Assembly: GCA_040285745.1 (NCBI GenBank)
Contig: JAUFOR010000005.1
Location: 248,001 to 312,000 of the forward strand
Direction: 5' to 3'
DNA from: Barthelona sp. PCE
Taxonomy: Eukaryota
DNA: 64,000 nucleotides
Position 1 is the stretch's first letter. Every line of letters starts with the position of its first letter. The notes beneath the pieces were generated by a model. The model did no database searches. It was not told where the DNA came from and saw only the letters and a program-made list of their open reading frames with translations. Positions 8,315 to 17,975 of this stretch are shown here, one piece after another. Position numbers and translations under genes: made by a program.

Positions 8315-11086
8315 ATGGCGTACAATTTGCTAGAGGGTTTTTATGACATTCTTTCCATGGACAAGGAGGTTCAGAGTGCAGCAGCATTGGATATGGTAAA
8401 TTATCTTGTTTCTCTTATTGATTTGGACAACAAAGATAATGAAGCTGATGGTGAAAATGTCAGTAAGTACGATAAATTTGATATTCTTGCTGGATTTGAC
8501 GATTTGCATAAAGAAGTTCAATACACACTGAAAAGATTAGTTAAGGGATTAAATTCAACAGGCTTCAGGGTGCGTAGTTCATACGGTTCAGTTTTGAGCC
8601 TTTTCTTTACAGTCTACCGCTCTACACTTGGATCATTTATTACTTTTGCTAAAGAGACCATTTTCAAGAGCGTTCAATCTCATAGAGAGCAGAAAAACGC
8701 TGTTTTCGGTCTCCTTATTTCAATATTATGCTTTCTTAACATCGAAGAATCATTTGAGGATAGCGAGATGAACGAGAGTGATGTTGGTATTGTTGAGAAC
8801 TTATTTCAAACCGTAAAGCCACTAATGGCGACCTTCAACTCAACAAATTCGTTCCTCAGCTTTGTCTTTATCAAGATGTTGTCAGTATATTCATTTTTTG
8901 TCCCACACTTTGTTGAGGCATTCAAGATCACCCCAGAATCAATGAATATCAATACGCTTGGTATTGTACTGGGTGTACACAAGGCGACTGGGCACCCGGC
9001 GCTTGAAGCATTTGTTGAGAAGCTGCCTATCAACCGCGGTCTCTTTGATTCGATGGTGAAGCACGGAAGCACAAACCATCCTGTTTACAACTTCATTGAT
9101 GTCTCACCTGAGTTCATCGGTGAATTTGCTGCATTTTGTGAGGAGCAGAATCAGCAAAAGGTGTTATTTATGATTCTCAGCACCAACATTGATTTGTTCA
9201 ACAGTCACCCGAAGTTATACTTGAGGGATTTGAAAAATGTTGGCGTTGAGCATTTTAAAGATGAGCAGTTTGTCAGCCTCATCCAATTAGCGTTTGAGGA
9301 CGCGTCCATCGGCGTACTACTACTCAACAGCGCCTTCAACGCTCGCCTCGCCTCACTTCCTGTGGATGTTATTGATGAGCTCATCAGCTGGCTATTAAGC
9401 GAGCATCTCTTCCATAATAGCGCACTTACGATTGTATTTGAGCTGCTTAAGCTTGAGTCAGCAAGCAAACTCCGCATTGACGTGTTTGTCCTTTTCCTTG
9501 TGCTGGGATTCTTCCAGGGCGGAACGAGCTTCTGGCTGTCTAAGCTTGGCATTGGGGTCGAGACAGAGGGATACGACAATATTGATGATGCATATGCATT
9601 GGGCTTCCTCAAACGAATGTTTGTATTCATCGACGAGAAGAACGTGGATGAGTACTTTGATGTTCTCGCAGATCTAGCTACATGTCGCCCTCTATTTGTT
9701 GATGGCGAGGACCTTGCACTTTGTGTCGGTCTTGCTCGTGATGAGATTGTGCAGGGGGATCTAATGTTCTTCTTTGCACTTTTAATGGCAGTCGTCGACG
9801 CGTCAATGGCAGAGATCCTGCACCAGATGGTTCACATGAAGACGCTTGTTTGTGAGGAGACAGCAAAGATTTCTCTTCTTCTGCTTGGTGCGGATTCGTC
9901 GCACGTGCGCCGCATCGTTGAGACTTTCTGGAAGCAGAACGGCAAGAAAGCCACAGCCGAGATCGTGTCAACTCTGATTGAGTTCTTGGTTATCGACCCA
10001 TCAACGATCCAGGTCGAGGACACTGATATTATGAGCAAAATGGAGGTTGTTGATTCTGAAGAGGAAGAGGAGACAGAGATGGAGGAAGCTGAACCCGAGG
10101 AATCCCTTATTGACGCCCTTAACATGGTTGAAGGCAGCGGACGCGTTGAAGGCGAGGACATGTCGTTTGGCATCGACTCCGACGAGGAGGAGACACCGGA
10201 AGACGTACTTGCAATCGAGAAGGTTCTTGCAGAGATGGCACGTCAGAAGGAGAGACGCACCATATTCGAAGCCAGTGGAAAGCATTTGCGTCACCGCGTT
10301 CTGTCACTTTGCACATGCATTATCCATTCGGTTGACTCGGAGAACGAACTGGCATACACTCTTTTCATGCGCTTGTTCGAGCTCGGTGTTGGGCTTGACC
10401 ACTCTAAGCGAGATGCTCTTCTGGCCAGCATTCTCGTCAACGATCTTCAGTCAGTTCCCGTAAAGAGCTTATGGAAGCGCTTCGATGAGGACACACTTGA
10501 GGCAGACCGCGAGCGTGTTGTTACCCTGATGGGTAAATGTTCGAACATTGAGATGGGTCAACTTGGATGCAAGCTCATTGGAGCGATGCTTCGTCTTTCT
10601 CTCGAGCAAAAAATTGAACACATTGGTCAGATTGCACTTTGGATTTATGAAGTCGCTCTTGATGCATTCACTGTGACAACAAGTTATCTTCGTTACTCAT
10701 TGCTCAACGTTATGGCTTCACAATTGCCTTATTTCAATACATATCTGTGTCATGCATTAGGGTTCATTGTGTTTTCTGTTGACGAAGACGGCAACAACAT
10801 TCTTTCAAATAAGAGTTTTGCTGATAGCCTACGCTTGTTCAAGACATGCTTAATTTCACATCGTAATCACTGGAAGAGTGACTCTAAGCTTATGGAGCCA
10901 CTTGTTCCCGCTATGGTAGAGGCCGTGAAGAAATTCAATGTGCTCGGAAAGAAGTCAAAGCAGAAGAAACTGATTGCCGGTGTTCTTCGTTCGTTTTTCA
11001 GCATGTCGGCATTTGTTGGTTTTGACGCAACAGCAATCTCATCTGAAATCGATGCAAAGGTTATCAGAGCATACAATCTGGTGTAG
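8315..11086 (+). CDS. MYBBP1A: Pol5/MYBBP1A-like nucleolar ARM protein
   Basis: YTLKRLVKGLNSTGFRVRSSYG resembles the Pol5/MYBBP1A YALKRLIRGLxS motif; acidic tract about two-thirds along. The likely start is ATG 8315. Confidence 0.7.
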   Translation: MAYNLLEGFYDILSMDKEVQSAAALDMVNYLVSLIDLDNKDNEADGENVSKYDKFDILAGFDDLHKEVQYTLKRLVKGLNSTGFRVRSSYGSVLSLFFTVYRSTLGSFITFAKETIFKSVQSHREQKNAVFGLLISILCFLNIEESFEDSEMNESDVGIVENLFQTVKPLMATFNSTNSFLSFVFIKMLSVYSFFVPHFVEAFKITPESMNINTLGIVLGVHKATGHPALEAFVEKLPINRGLFDSMVKHGSTNHPVYNFIDVSPEFIGEFAAFCEEQNQQKVLFMILSTNIDLFNSHPKLYLRDLKNVGVEHFKDEQFVSLIQLAFEDASIGVLLLNSAFNARLASLPVDVIDELISWLLSEHLFHNSALTIVFELLKLESASKLRIDVFVLFLVLGFFQGGTSFWLSKLGIGVETEGYDNIDDAYALGFLKRMFVFIDEKNVDEYFDVLADLATCRPLFVDGEDLALCVGLARDEIVQGDLMFFFALLMAVVDASMAEILHQMVHMKTLVCEETAKISLLLLGADSSHVRRIVETFWKQNGKKATAEIVSTLIEFLVIDPSTIQVEDTDIMSKMEVVDSEEEEETEMEEAEPEESLIDALNMVEGSGRVEGEDMSFGIDSDEEETPEDVLAIEKVLAEMARQKERRTIFEASGKHLRHRVLSLCTCIIHSVDSENELAYTLFMRLFELGVGLDHSKRDALLASILVNDLQSVPVKSLWKRFDEDTLEADRERVVTLMGKCSNIEMGQLGCKLIGAMLRLSLEQKIEHIGQIALWIYEVALDAFTVTTSYLRYSLLNVMASQLPYFNTYLCHALGFIVFSVDEDGNNILSNKSFADSLRLFKTCLISHRNHWKSDSKLMEPLVPAMVEAVKKFNVLGKKSKQKKLIAGVLRSFFSMSAFVGFDATAISSEIDAKVIRAYNLV

Positions 11087-11115
11087 TAAAGTGTTATTTC
11101 TTTTCTTTCTTAATT

Positions 11116-14100
11116 ATGAATGCCAATGACTTTTTTGGGACAGCTGTTACTCAGCAAGCGGAAGTAGCTGCCCCATATCAGCCTGGTAACGAAACATTAA
11201 GCGAAAATAATACAGCACAGGGATTTTTTGGTGAAGAAGAAGACAATCTTTCACAAGTTTCGGATCTTAGCTCGAGAAAGTTTGCAATGATTGAGTCCAT
11301 GACTCAAATTTCAAGCTTAGAGGAGGATAAAGATGATCTACTACAGCCTGTAAGCATAAAACTACCAACATTTTTGTTACCTAAAAAAGTCGATGAGCAA
11401 ATAGCACAGACAGCACATACAGAACAATTTCCAGTTATGGAATCTGCAAAAGAGGAAGCAAATGTTGAGGAAAATGCGTTATCGTTTTTTGGTCATGTTT
11501 CTGATTCTGTGCAGGATGATTCTGTCACTATGTACCAAAACAGCGTGGAAGCCGTTGTTGAAGATCCAATTGAGATTGTAGATCAATCTGCCAAGAGCTT
11601 TTTTGATCAATCGTCAGAACTGAATCTTGAAAGTCCGGAGATCACTGAACGCGAACTTTCTCCAGTTGTTGATAAAGAGGTGAGCGATGCATTGTTGAGC
11701 GCTTCAACCAGTACTGTCAGCAGCCTGGAGACAAAGGTGTTGTCTCCACAAAAACCGTTAGCCAGATTCAAGCCAAAGCGCACAAAGAGACCTGCAGCAA
11801 GGGGAATCAGGTCCTTTACACAACCTACACAACCGATGTTACAGCCATCAGTGGAGGAATTGCCAGAGAAACAGCAGGAGAAGTCAGTTCCTCAATATGA
11901 CCCAATTAAACCATCCGAGCAAGTGATACAACCTCAAAAAGCAACAAGAACGAGCGAAACTGATCCAGTGAAGAGACCTACAGATGTTTTCAGCGGAGTG
12001 TGGGGTGTTCCAGATTTAACAGCCAAACCATTTTCTGCACCAGTTGAGACGACATTACCAGATGTTATGGAACATAGCGATATCACAGGTGCTCAAGTGA
12101 ACAATACAATGGTCAGTGAAAGTTATGTGCACGAAGAACCAGTTGTTGAACCCATTGTTACAGAACCAGTTGTTGAACCCATTGTTACAGAACCAGTTGT
12201 TGAACCAGAACCTCAACCACTTATTGCACCCATTGTGGCTCTACCTGACTTTTTACAGCCAGCTAACAATGTGTACAAGCCTCCAGTTGCTACAGTTGAG
12301 CAAGAAGAGCCACAACTGGTAGAGAAGCCAGATTCAAAACTCTTGGTTGAACCAGTGCAGCGTGTACAGATTAAGCGAATCAAGAAGAAGCCCAGGCGTA
12401 AATTCGTTCCTCGAGCTCCAATGAAGCAACCAGAGCCAGTGAAGCAACCAGAGCCAGTGAAAGAGCCAGTTGTGGATCCTGTTCAGCCAATGGTTCAGCC
12501 AGTGGCACCATTTCCAGGATTCCCAGTGGAACATCAACAGAAACCACTATTTGAACTGAATATTGAGCGCAAAGCTGAATCCACGTTTGGCCAAGGCGCA
12601 CCATCGCGTATTCGGGCTAACTCAATGAACATTCCGTACATTGACGGAATTTCGTCTCCGCCGCGGTCACCCGAGAGCGAACCAATGAATATGAATGAGA
12701 TCGGTGAAATCGACATCCGCCCGATACCAACCGGTGACAGGTCGCTCGTTGCGTTTGGGTTCAAAGGTCTTGTTTTCGAGAAGGCAGGGTTCAGTGAGTG
12801 TCGCGTGCGGTGCGTCAAGGATATTGTATCGCACAGAGTTGTGTCCGCTGTCGAGGACTGGGTCGGGCCAGTGCAAGGTACAGGCACTGCAGCTGTAGAG
12901 TACTGTAACGAGAGGGCCACCTCTTTTCCCAACATGTCAGCAGTGAGCAGCGCACTCTTACCTTGTGCTTGGCGCGTTGTAGCACATATTGCGAACCACG
13001 GCTTTTGTATTAACGATCCCGTCTTAATGCGCTTAATTCGCGAAGAGTTGTTCGTAGACGATCGCTTCCATGATGAGCCCATACCACAAGGAACACCAGA
13101 GGACTTCACACGTATTGTTCGTCTTCTCAGCATGGGTGATCGGGAGAAGGCAATTGAGTTTGCCATTGAGAAGAACTTTTGGTCTCATGCTTTGTTGTTA
13201 GCCATTTTTCTTGGTGATACGACGTTTACAAAGACATTAGATGCTTTTCTTAGAACATTCCCTTCAGGATCACCCATGAGAACGCTTTACAACTCTTTAA
13301 GTAACCCAAAGAAAGTTTTCACTCTTGATACGACGGCAGGTATTATGTCAAGGTGGAAAGAGAACCTGACAATGCTTTTAAGCAACAGACTGCCGAATGA
13401 TGACGGCTCGCTGTTGCTCGACTTTGGCAAGAATATTTTCTTCGAAAAGCTGTGCGACGACACACCATTCAACGATGAGGGTGTTGTCCCCAGTCAACTT
13501 TGCAACCTAATTTGTGGTGTCGATTTTCGACTCCCATCAGAGGGTTACCATCCTCTGTTCTTGTTTGGAGTCAATGTCAGAACCATGAGACAGTTTCCAT
13601 TCGATGCGGTTGTGATGACAGAGCTAATCGAGTTTGGTCACAAACTCAGTAATCCGCAATTCCAGATTGTGACTCTTCCTTGGGCTCACGTCGGGCTTTT
13701 GGGTTATCTTACCGATTTTGGTTACAGTGATCGCGCTGCCCATTACGCAAACACTGTTCAGAAGCAAATGCAGAGCACACATCACGGACTACCGCCAATT
13801 GTTGTTAACACGTTGAGGGACTATGAGAAGCGAGTAGCAGGAGTTAAGCGCAGTAAGAAATCGACTCTTGGGCGTGTCTTCTCGTTTTTAGGTGGTCGTA
13901 AGAAGAAGGCAAGGAAGAAACCGGTTGTTCGACCTGTAGCTCCTGCACCTGTGTCAAATACCGCCTACACAGACACTAATTACGCCACACATGATGCGCG
14001 ATCCGATATTTCTGCACACACAACGACCAGCCAACAGTCTACAGATAGCAAAAAGGGGTTCTTTGGTAGGTTGAAGTTTTGGGGATCAGAGGAAGACAAT

Positions 14101-14502
14101 CAGTACACAAAGGTGAAATTTAACAACAAGAGCATCTCGCAAGAGGACTTTGTGGCTAAAATGCGCGCAAAGGCTGAAGCTAAAAAGACAGTAGCCCCCC
14201 CTCCAACTGATGCAAACTTCAAAGGTGTTGTTAAAGAACAGCTCATAACCACTGTTCCTCCCTCTAATATAGGGTTTGAGGCTCCAATTTCTGCACAAAC
14301 TCAGCCCACATCACTTGGATTCGGTAATCTTGGAGCCATTGGTGTTCCACCTCCATCAGGTGCAGGTGTCAAGCGTAGAACAACACGCAGACCTCGTCGT
14401 AATTACTTTGTTGAAGGATCACATACTCAAACGCAGCCAGCAGCAGGCAATACGGCCCCTTTACCTAGTCTTTTGCCATCGGGATTCAATAATTTGGGAT
14501 AG
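11116..14502 (+). CDS. SEC16: COPII scaffold Sec16-like protein
   Basis: Long disordered P/E-rich N-terminus, then LVAFGFKG and central domain RLLSMGDREKAIEFAIEKNFWSHALLLA...WKENLTMLLSN...MTELIEF. Confidence 0.85.
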   Translation: MNANDFFGTAVTQQAEVAAPYQPGNETLSENNTAQGFFGEEEDNLSQVSDLSSRKFAMIESMTQISSLEEDKDDLLQPVSIKLPTFLLPKKVDEQIAQTAHTEQFPVMESAKEEANVEENALSFFGHVSDSVQDDSVTMYQNSVEAVVEDPIEIVDQSAKSFFDQSSELNLESPEITERELSPVVDKEVSDALLSASTSTVSSLETKVLSPQKPLARFKPKRTKRPAARGIRSFTQPTQPMLQPSVEELPEKQQEKSVPQYDPIKPSEQVIQPQKATRTSETDPVKRPTDVFSGVWGVPDLTAKPFSAPVETTLPDVMEHSDITGAQVNNTMVSESYVHEEPVVEPIVTEPVVEPIVTEPVVEPEPQPLIAPIVALPDFLQPANNVYKPPVATVEQEEPQLVEKPDSKLLVEPVQRVQIKRIKKKPRRKFVPRAPMKQPEPVKQPEPVKEPVVDPVQPMVQPVAPFPGFPVEHQQKPLFELNIERKAESTFGQGAPSRIRANSMNIPYIDGISSPPRSPESEPMNMNEIGEIDIRPIPTGDRSLVAFGFKGLVFEKAGFSECRVRCVKDIVSHRVVSAVEDWVGPVQGTGTAAVEYCNERATSFPNMSAVSSALLPCAWRVVAHIANHGFCINDPVLMRLIREELFVDDRFHDEPIPQGTPEDFTRIVRLLSMGDREKAIEFAIEKNFWSHALLLAIFLGDTTFTKTLDAFLRTFPSGSPMRTLYNSLSNPKKVFTLDTTAGIMSRWKENLTMLLSNRLPNDDGSLLLDFGKNIFFEKLCDDTPFNDEGVVPSQLCNLICGVDFRLPSEGYHPLFLFGVNVRTMRQFPFDAVVMTELIEFGHKLSNPQFQIVTLPWAHVGLLGYLTDFGYSDRAAHYANTVQKQMQSTHHGLPPIVVNTLRDYEKRVAGVKRSKKSTLGRVFSFLGGRKKKARKKPVVRPVAPAPVSNTAYTDTNYATHDARSDISAHTTTSQQSTDSKKGFFGRLKFWGSEEDNQYTKVKFNNKSISQEDFVAKMRAKAEAKKTVAPPPTDANFKGVVKEQLITTVPPSNIGFEAPISAQTQPTSLGFGNLGAIGVPPPSGAGVKRRTTRRPRRNYFVEGSHTQTQPAAGNTAPLPSLLPSGFNNLG
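12136..12206 (+). repeat. 27-nt coding tandem repeat (EPVVEPIVT x2.6) in Sec16; a second 18-nt repeat (KQPEPV x2) lies at 12422-12460
   Basis: GAACCAGTTGTTGAACCCATTGTTACA twice exactly, plus a partial third copy. Confidence 0.9.
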
Positions 14503-14569
14503 TAACTGTGTTAATAAATTTCTCATTCCTTTTCGTTGTTGATTTACTGAGAACCAGTGAGAATCAGCA

Positions 14570-15967
14570 ATGAAACAAAGGGGCCGATCAGTAACAGGGG
14601 ATTTTAGCGACGTAAAAGTTTACTTTTGCATGTTTTTGTTTCGTGGTTTGCTTTCTTTGGTTATTTCAACACATTTTGATCCAGACGAATGGTGGCAGAA
14701 CTTAGAGCCTGCCTTTAATATGGTAACTGGAGAGGGAAAGTTGACTTGGGAATGGAGTGCAGGATTACGCAGCTATTATCCAGTTTTATTGCATGTTCCC
14801 ATGTTTTTTGTGCTAAATGCCCTCAATATACACTCACCAACATTGGTTATTAGGATATCTATGATTGTTCAGAGTTTCGTTGTTGCAGGTATTGACTTGT
14901 TAGTATATAAGATTTCTTGCAGCTTTTATCGCACAAAACCATCGTACATAGCTCTATTCATCAACGTAACGAATTGGTTTGTTCAATATGCAGCAGTCAG
15001 ACCGAGTATTAATACAGTTGAGAGCTTTTTTGTGCTATTGTGCATATACTATATAAAAAGCGATCGTTTCGAAGCAGCATGTATGGCAACTGCATTTATT
15101 TTGTGGACAAGAGTGACTTCAGCTTTTTTTTTAATTCCCTTTTGGATACCCTTCTGCTTTGATGTGAAAAATGCAATCCTTGTTGTGAGAAATCTAATTA
15201 TATTTGCTTTGGGAGAATTTTTCATGCACGGGAGGATAATATTCCCGGCTTTGAATATTTTGATGTTTAATGCAACGGGAGCGAATGATTTCGGGTTGAA
15301 CTCCGTTCATTTTTATTTCTCTCAAGCGATTTTCATTATTTCAGGGTTGTTTTCACCGTTTGTCGTGGTCACACTGATCAAAAATCCCAAAAAATTGTGG
15401 AAAATTGCATTTCCAATGATTGTATTTTCGTTCATTGGTCATAAGGAGTTCAGGTGGATATTTCCGTGTGCATTCCTGCTGTGTTTCGTTATTGCAACAG
15501 TTTTGGAGAGATATTGGTTGTCTAATTGGTTTAAATATGTTGCTGTTACAATTGTCATTTTTTCTTTCGTATCCTTTGTTTTCTTTGCTCGATTCCACCA
15601 AGAGGGTAGGCTCCAAGTAGTGAGGTTTGTGCACGAGCAATGTGCAAGTCAGGTGGACGAGTGTAGAGTTGCAATTGTAGAATCGTTGCATCATTTTCCA
15701 GGACCTGCTGTAATACATTCGCATGTTCCGATCAAATATTACGGCACCACATTCATCACAGAAACAGAAGACATACGGAGAGACCCTATTCGGTATGTAA
15801 TGATGTGGATGGAGGAGAGCAAGGACTCAATTAATGTTTTTATTTTTAATTCTCGAGTTGAGGATAAGGTCGTTCCATATGTTGAGCAATTGGGCTACGG
15901 ATGTTATGAGTTTGAGAATTCATTCGTAGATGAAGAAGAAGAGTTTGTTTATGCATGCTATCGATGA
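14570..15967 (+). CDS. PIGB: GPI mannosyltransferase 3 (PIG-B/Gpi10, GT22)
   Basis: THFDPDEWWQNLEPA, TWEW, LRSY, HKEFRWIFP, HQEG; multiple TM segments. Confidence 0.9.
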   Translation: MKQRGRSVTGDFSDVKVYFCMFLFRGLLSLVISTHFDPDEWWQNLEPAFNMVTGEGKLTWEWSAGLRSYYPVLLHVPMFFVLNALNIHSPTLVIRISMIVQSFVVAGIDLLVYKISCSFYRTKPSYIALFINVTNWFVQYAAVRPSINTVESFFVLLCIYYIKSDRFEAACMATAFILWTRVTSAFFLIPFWIPFCFDVKNAILVVRNLIIFALGEFFMHGRIIFPALNILMFNATGANDFGLNSVHFYFSQAIFIISGLFSPFVVVTLIKNPKKLWKIAFPMIVFSFIGHKEFRWIFPCAFLLCFVIATVLERYWLSNWFKYVAVTIVIFSFVSFVFFARFHQEGRLQVVRFVHEQCASQVDECRVAIVESLHHFPGPAVIHSHVPIKYYGTTFITETEDIRRDPIRYVMMWMEESKDSINVFIFNSRVEDKVVPYVEQLGYGCYEFENSFVDEEEEFVYACYR

Positions 15968-16109
15968 TTGTAAATTCTATGTTGTTTGAGCTATTTTATT
16001 GCTCATTCGGTCAGTTCATAGGCTGCACCACTAGTTTCAGAGACTTTTTTCGTGATTGATTATGTTGTTGTTGAAATTATATCCTATTACTAACTTTAAT
16101 GCAAAAGTG

Positions 16110-17975
16110 ATGAATTTACCACTGTCACAGGGGATACCATACTCTGCAAAAAAGAGAACAGCATCAGCAGTTGAAAACTGGTCAATTGAAGAGGGATGGA
16201 GAATTCCAGATGGTACCAGGCGTGGAATTGACGAGGCTAGCAAGCGAATTTCGGTTGGAAAGGGGAGTTGGATTGCATCGCGTTATGAATGTCTCGAGAA
16301 GGTAGGAGTTGGTACTTTTGGAATGGTAACTAAGGTTATCGATCATTTCTATGTACATAAGTGTGAAGTTGTGCAAGGACAGGCCAAACAGCGTGTCATA
16401 GAAATCCCAAATAACGGTATTGTTGGTTTAAAACTTAGTAATTCGTGTCGCACACTTTTAAATGAATTTTTAAGTGTTGCACATCTTTTTGTGGATTTAT
16501 TTGCATCGGAAGCGTTCCACCTAACACACATTGTTGGCTTTTCAATTGTTCCACAGTTGCGCAACGAAGAGACAATGAGTACATTTGTTCTGCCACCGAG
16601 TCTTGTGCAACACAGTGCAACCACCGTTTCTCCAACCTGTCTTGCCGGGTTTATGAAGTCTGTACCGCACACATGGAGGTCGCTGCCCGACACAAGGATC
16701 CATAACTTCCACGCTTTATTCAGTGACATCCAGCGGAGTGTAGTTGATCTTTCTGCTGTGGTGCTCAAGTACCAGTTTTGTACAGAGGCAGATATTCTGA
16801 AGCATGTCTATCAAGAGCGGATGGCCGATCCGGACTACAAATACTTTGGCGCCTTTACGCTTCACCAGATTCAGATGACCCTCATTGCAAGCAATTTCTT
16901 CGACTATGCGGGTATTTACTGTATGACGCTCGAGTTCTGCTCCTGTAATATTCACCAGTTGCAAAAGGCAATGGGTGGGTTTCCTCTCTCGGCAATCAGG
17001 ACGCTCGCACCGCAGATGTGCCACGCCATTCGTGGGCTGCGCAAAGCGCGGATAATTCATTCAGATATCAAACCGGAAAACATAATGCTTTCTTTGGAGA
17101 ATGTTTTGCCTTTGTCTCTTCCAGTGGACAAGACGGTTGTCGTTCTCAGCGAGATGCTGCGCAGCGATGCATCGGTGTGGGGGCGCTTAAACATAAAGGT
17201 TGTCGATTTCAGCAGTGTGGTCGACGTTGCTGGTACCAGCGGATATCATCAAACACGTCCGTACCGAGCTCCTGAAGTTATTCTTGGCTGTCCAATGTCG
17301 CATAAGTCTGATATGTGGTCTCTGGGATGCGTTCTTGCTGAGATGTATATTGGAAAGCCGTTGTTTCTGGCAGCAAACTATTTGGAAACGATGAGGCTCA
17401 TTGTTGAGACGGTGGGGCCGCTTCTAATTCCAAAAACACCGGCGCACTCATCTTTTTGGGCAAGACCAGAGTGTAGACATGCGCTGATGCATCCTGACCG
17501 AGGATTGAGTCATTTCTTCTACCGTGCACCCAGCGGTGATCTCATCCTCCCGCCCACGTTTTTATACGGTTACCAGGTGAAAAAAAGTAGACACCAAGAC
17601 AATTTGTGCTATTATCAGCCTGTTGATGGTGTTAAAGCCAAGTCAACATACAGAGTGCCTGTTGTGATAGGCATTGATTACTGGAATGCTTATCTTGAAC
17701 GGTACGGGATGAAAGAGTGGACATGTGTAGCCAGCACCACATCTGAGCCTGGAAAAGTGTTTTTCGTCAACTCACGCATTAATGAGAGCATGTGGTATCC
17801 GCCGTGTGTACGTGCGCTTACGAAACAGATCACAGATGTACATGTTGCACGTAATCAGCTCGATTCAACACATGAGCTCGTTCTCTTTTGTGGTTTTTTA
17901 CATTCACTGCTGGATCTTGATCCAGATAAGCGTATACGTATATGGGATGCTTTCCGAGATCCGTTTCTACAGTGA
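16110..17975 (+). CDS. Divergent DYRK-family CMGC kinase with a large N-lobe insert and a WW domain in the CMGC insert
   Basis: GVGTFG, VGLK, IIHSDIKPENI, DFS, YHQTRPYRAPEVILG, DMWSLGCVLAEMYIGKPLF, LLDLDPDKRI; first ATG at 16110. Confidence 0.85.
   Translation: MNLPLSQGIPYSAKKRTASAVENWSIEEGWRIPDGTRRGIDEASKRISVGKGSWIASRYECLEKVGVGTFGMVTKVIDHFYVHKCEVVQGQAKQRVIEIPNNGIVGLKLSNSCRTLLNEFLSVAHLFVDLFASEAFHLTHIVGFSIVPQLRNEETMSTFVLPPSLVQHSATTVSPTCLAGFMKSVPHTWRSLPDTRIHNFHALFSDIQRSVVDLSAVVLKYQFCTEADILKHVYQERMADPDYKYFGAFTLHQIQMTLIASNFFDYAGIYCMTLEFCSCNIHQLQKAMGGFPLSAIRTLAPQMCHAIRGLRKARIIHSDIKPENIMLSLENVLPLSLPVDKTVVVLSEMLRSDASVWGRLNIKVVDFSSVVDVAGTSGYHQTRPYRAPEVILGCPMSHKSDMWSLGCVLAEMYIGKPLFLAANYLETMRLIVETVGPLLIPKTPAHSSFWARPECRHALMHPDRGLSHFFYRAPSGDLILPPTFLYGYQVKKSRHQDNLCYYQPVDGVKAKSTYRVPVVIGIDYWNAYLERYGMKEWTCVASTTSEPGKVFFVNSRINESMWYPPCVRALTKQITDVHVARNQLDSTHELVLFCGFLHSLLDLDPDKRIRIWDAFRDPFLQ

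Noticed and set aside
12136-12460. Direct repeats as CRISPR or mobile element
   Set aside because: Unit lengths are multiples of 3, there are no spacers, and they lie in frame inside the disordered region of Sec16.
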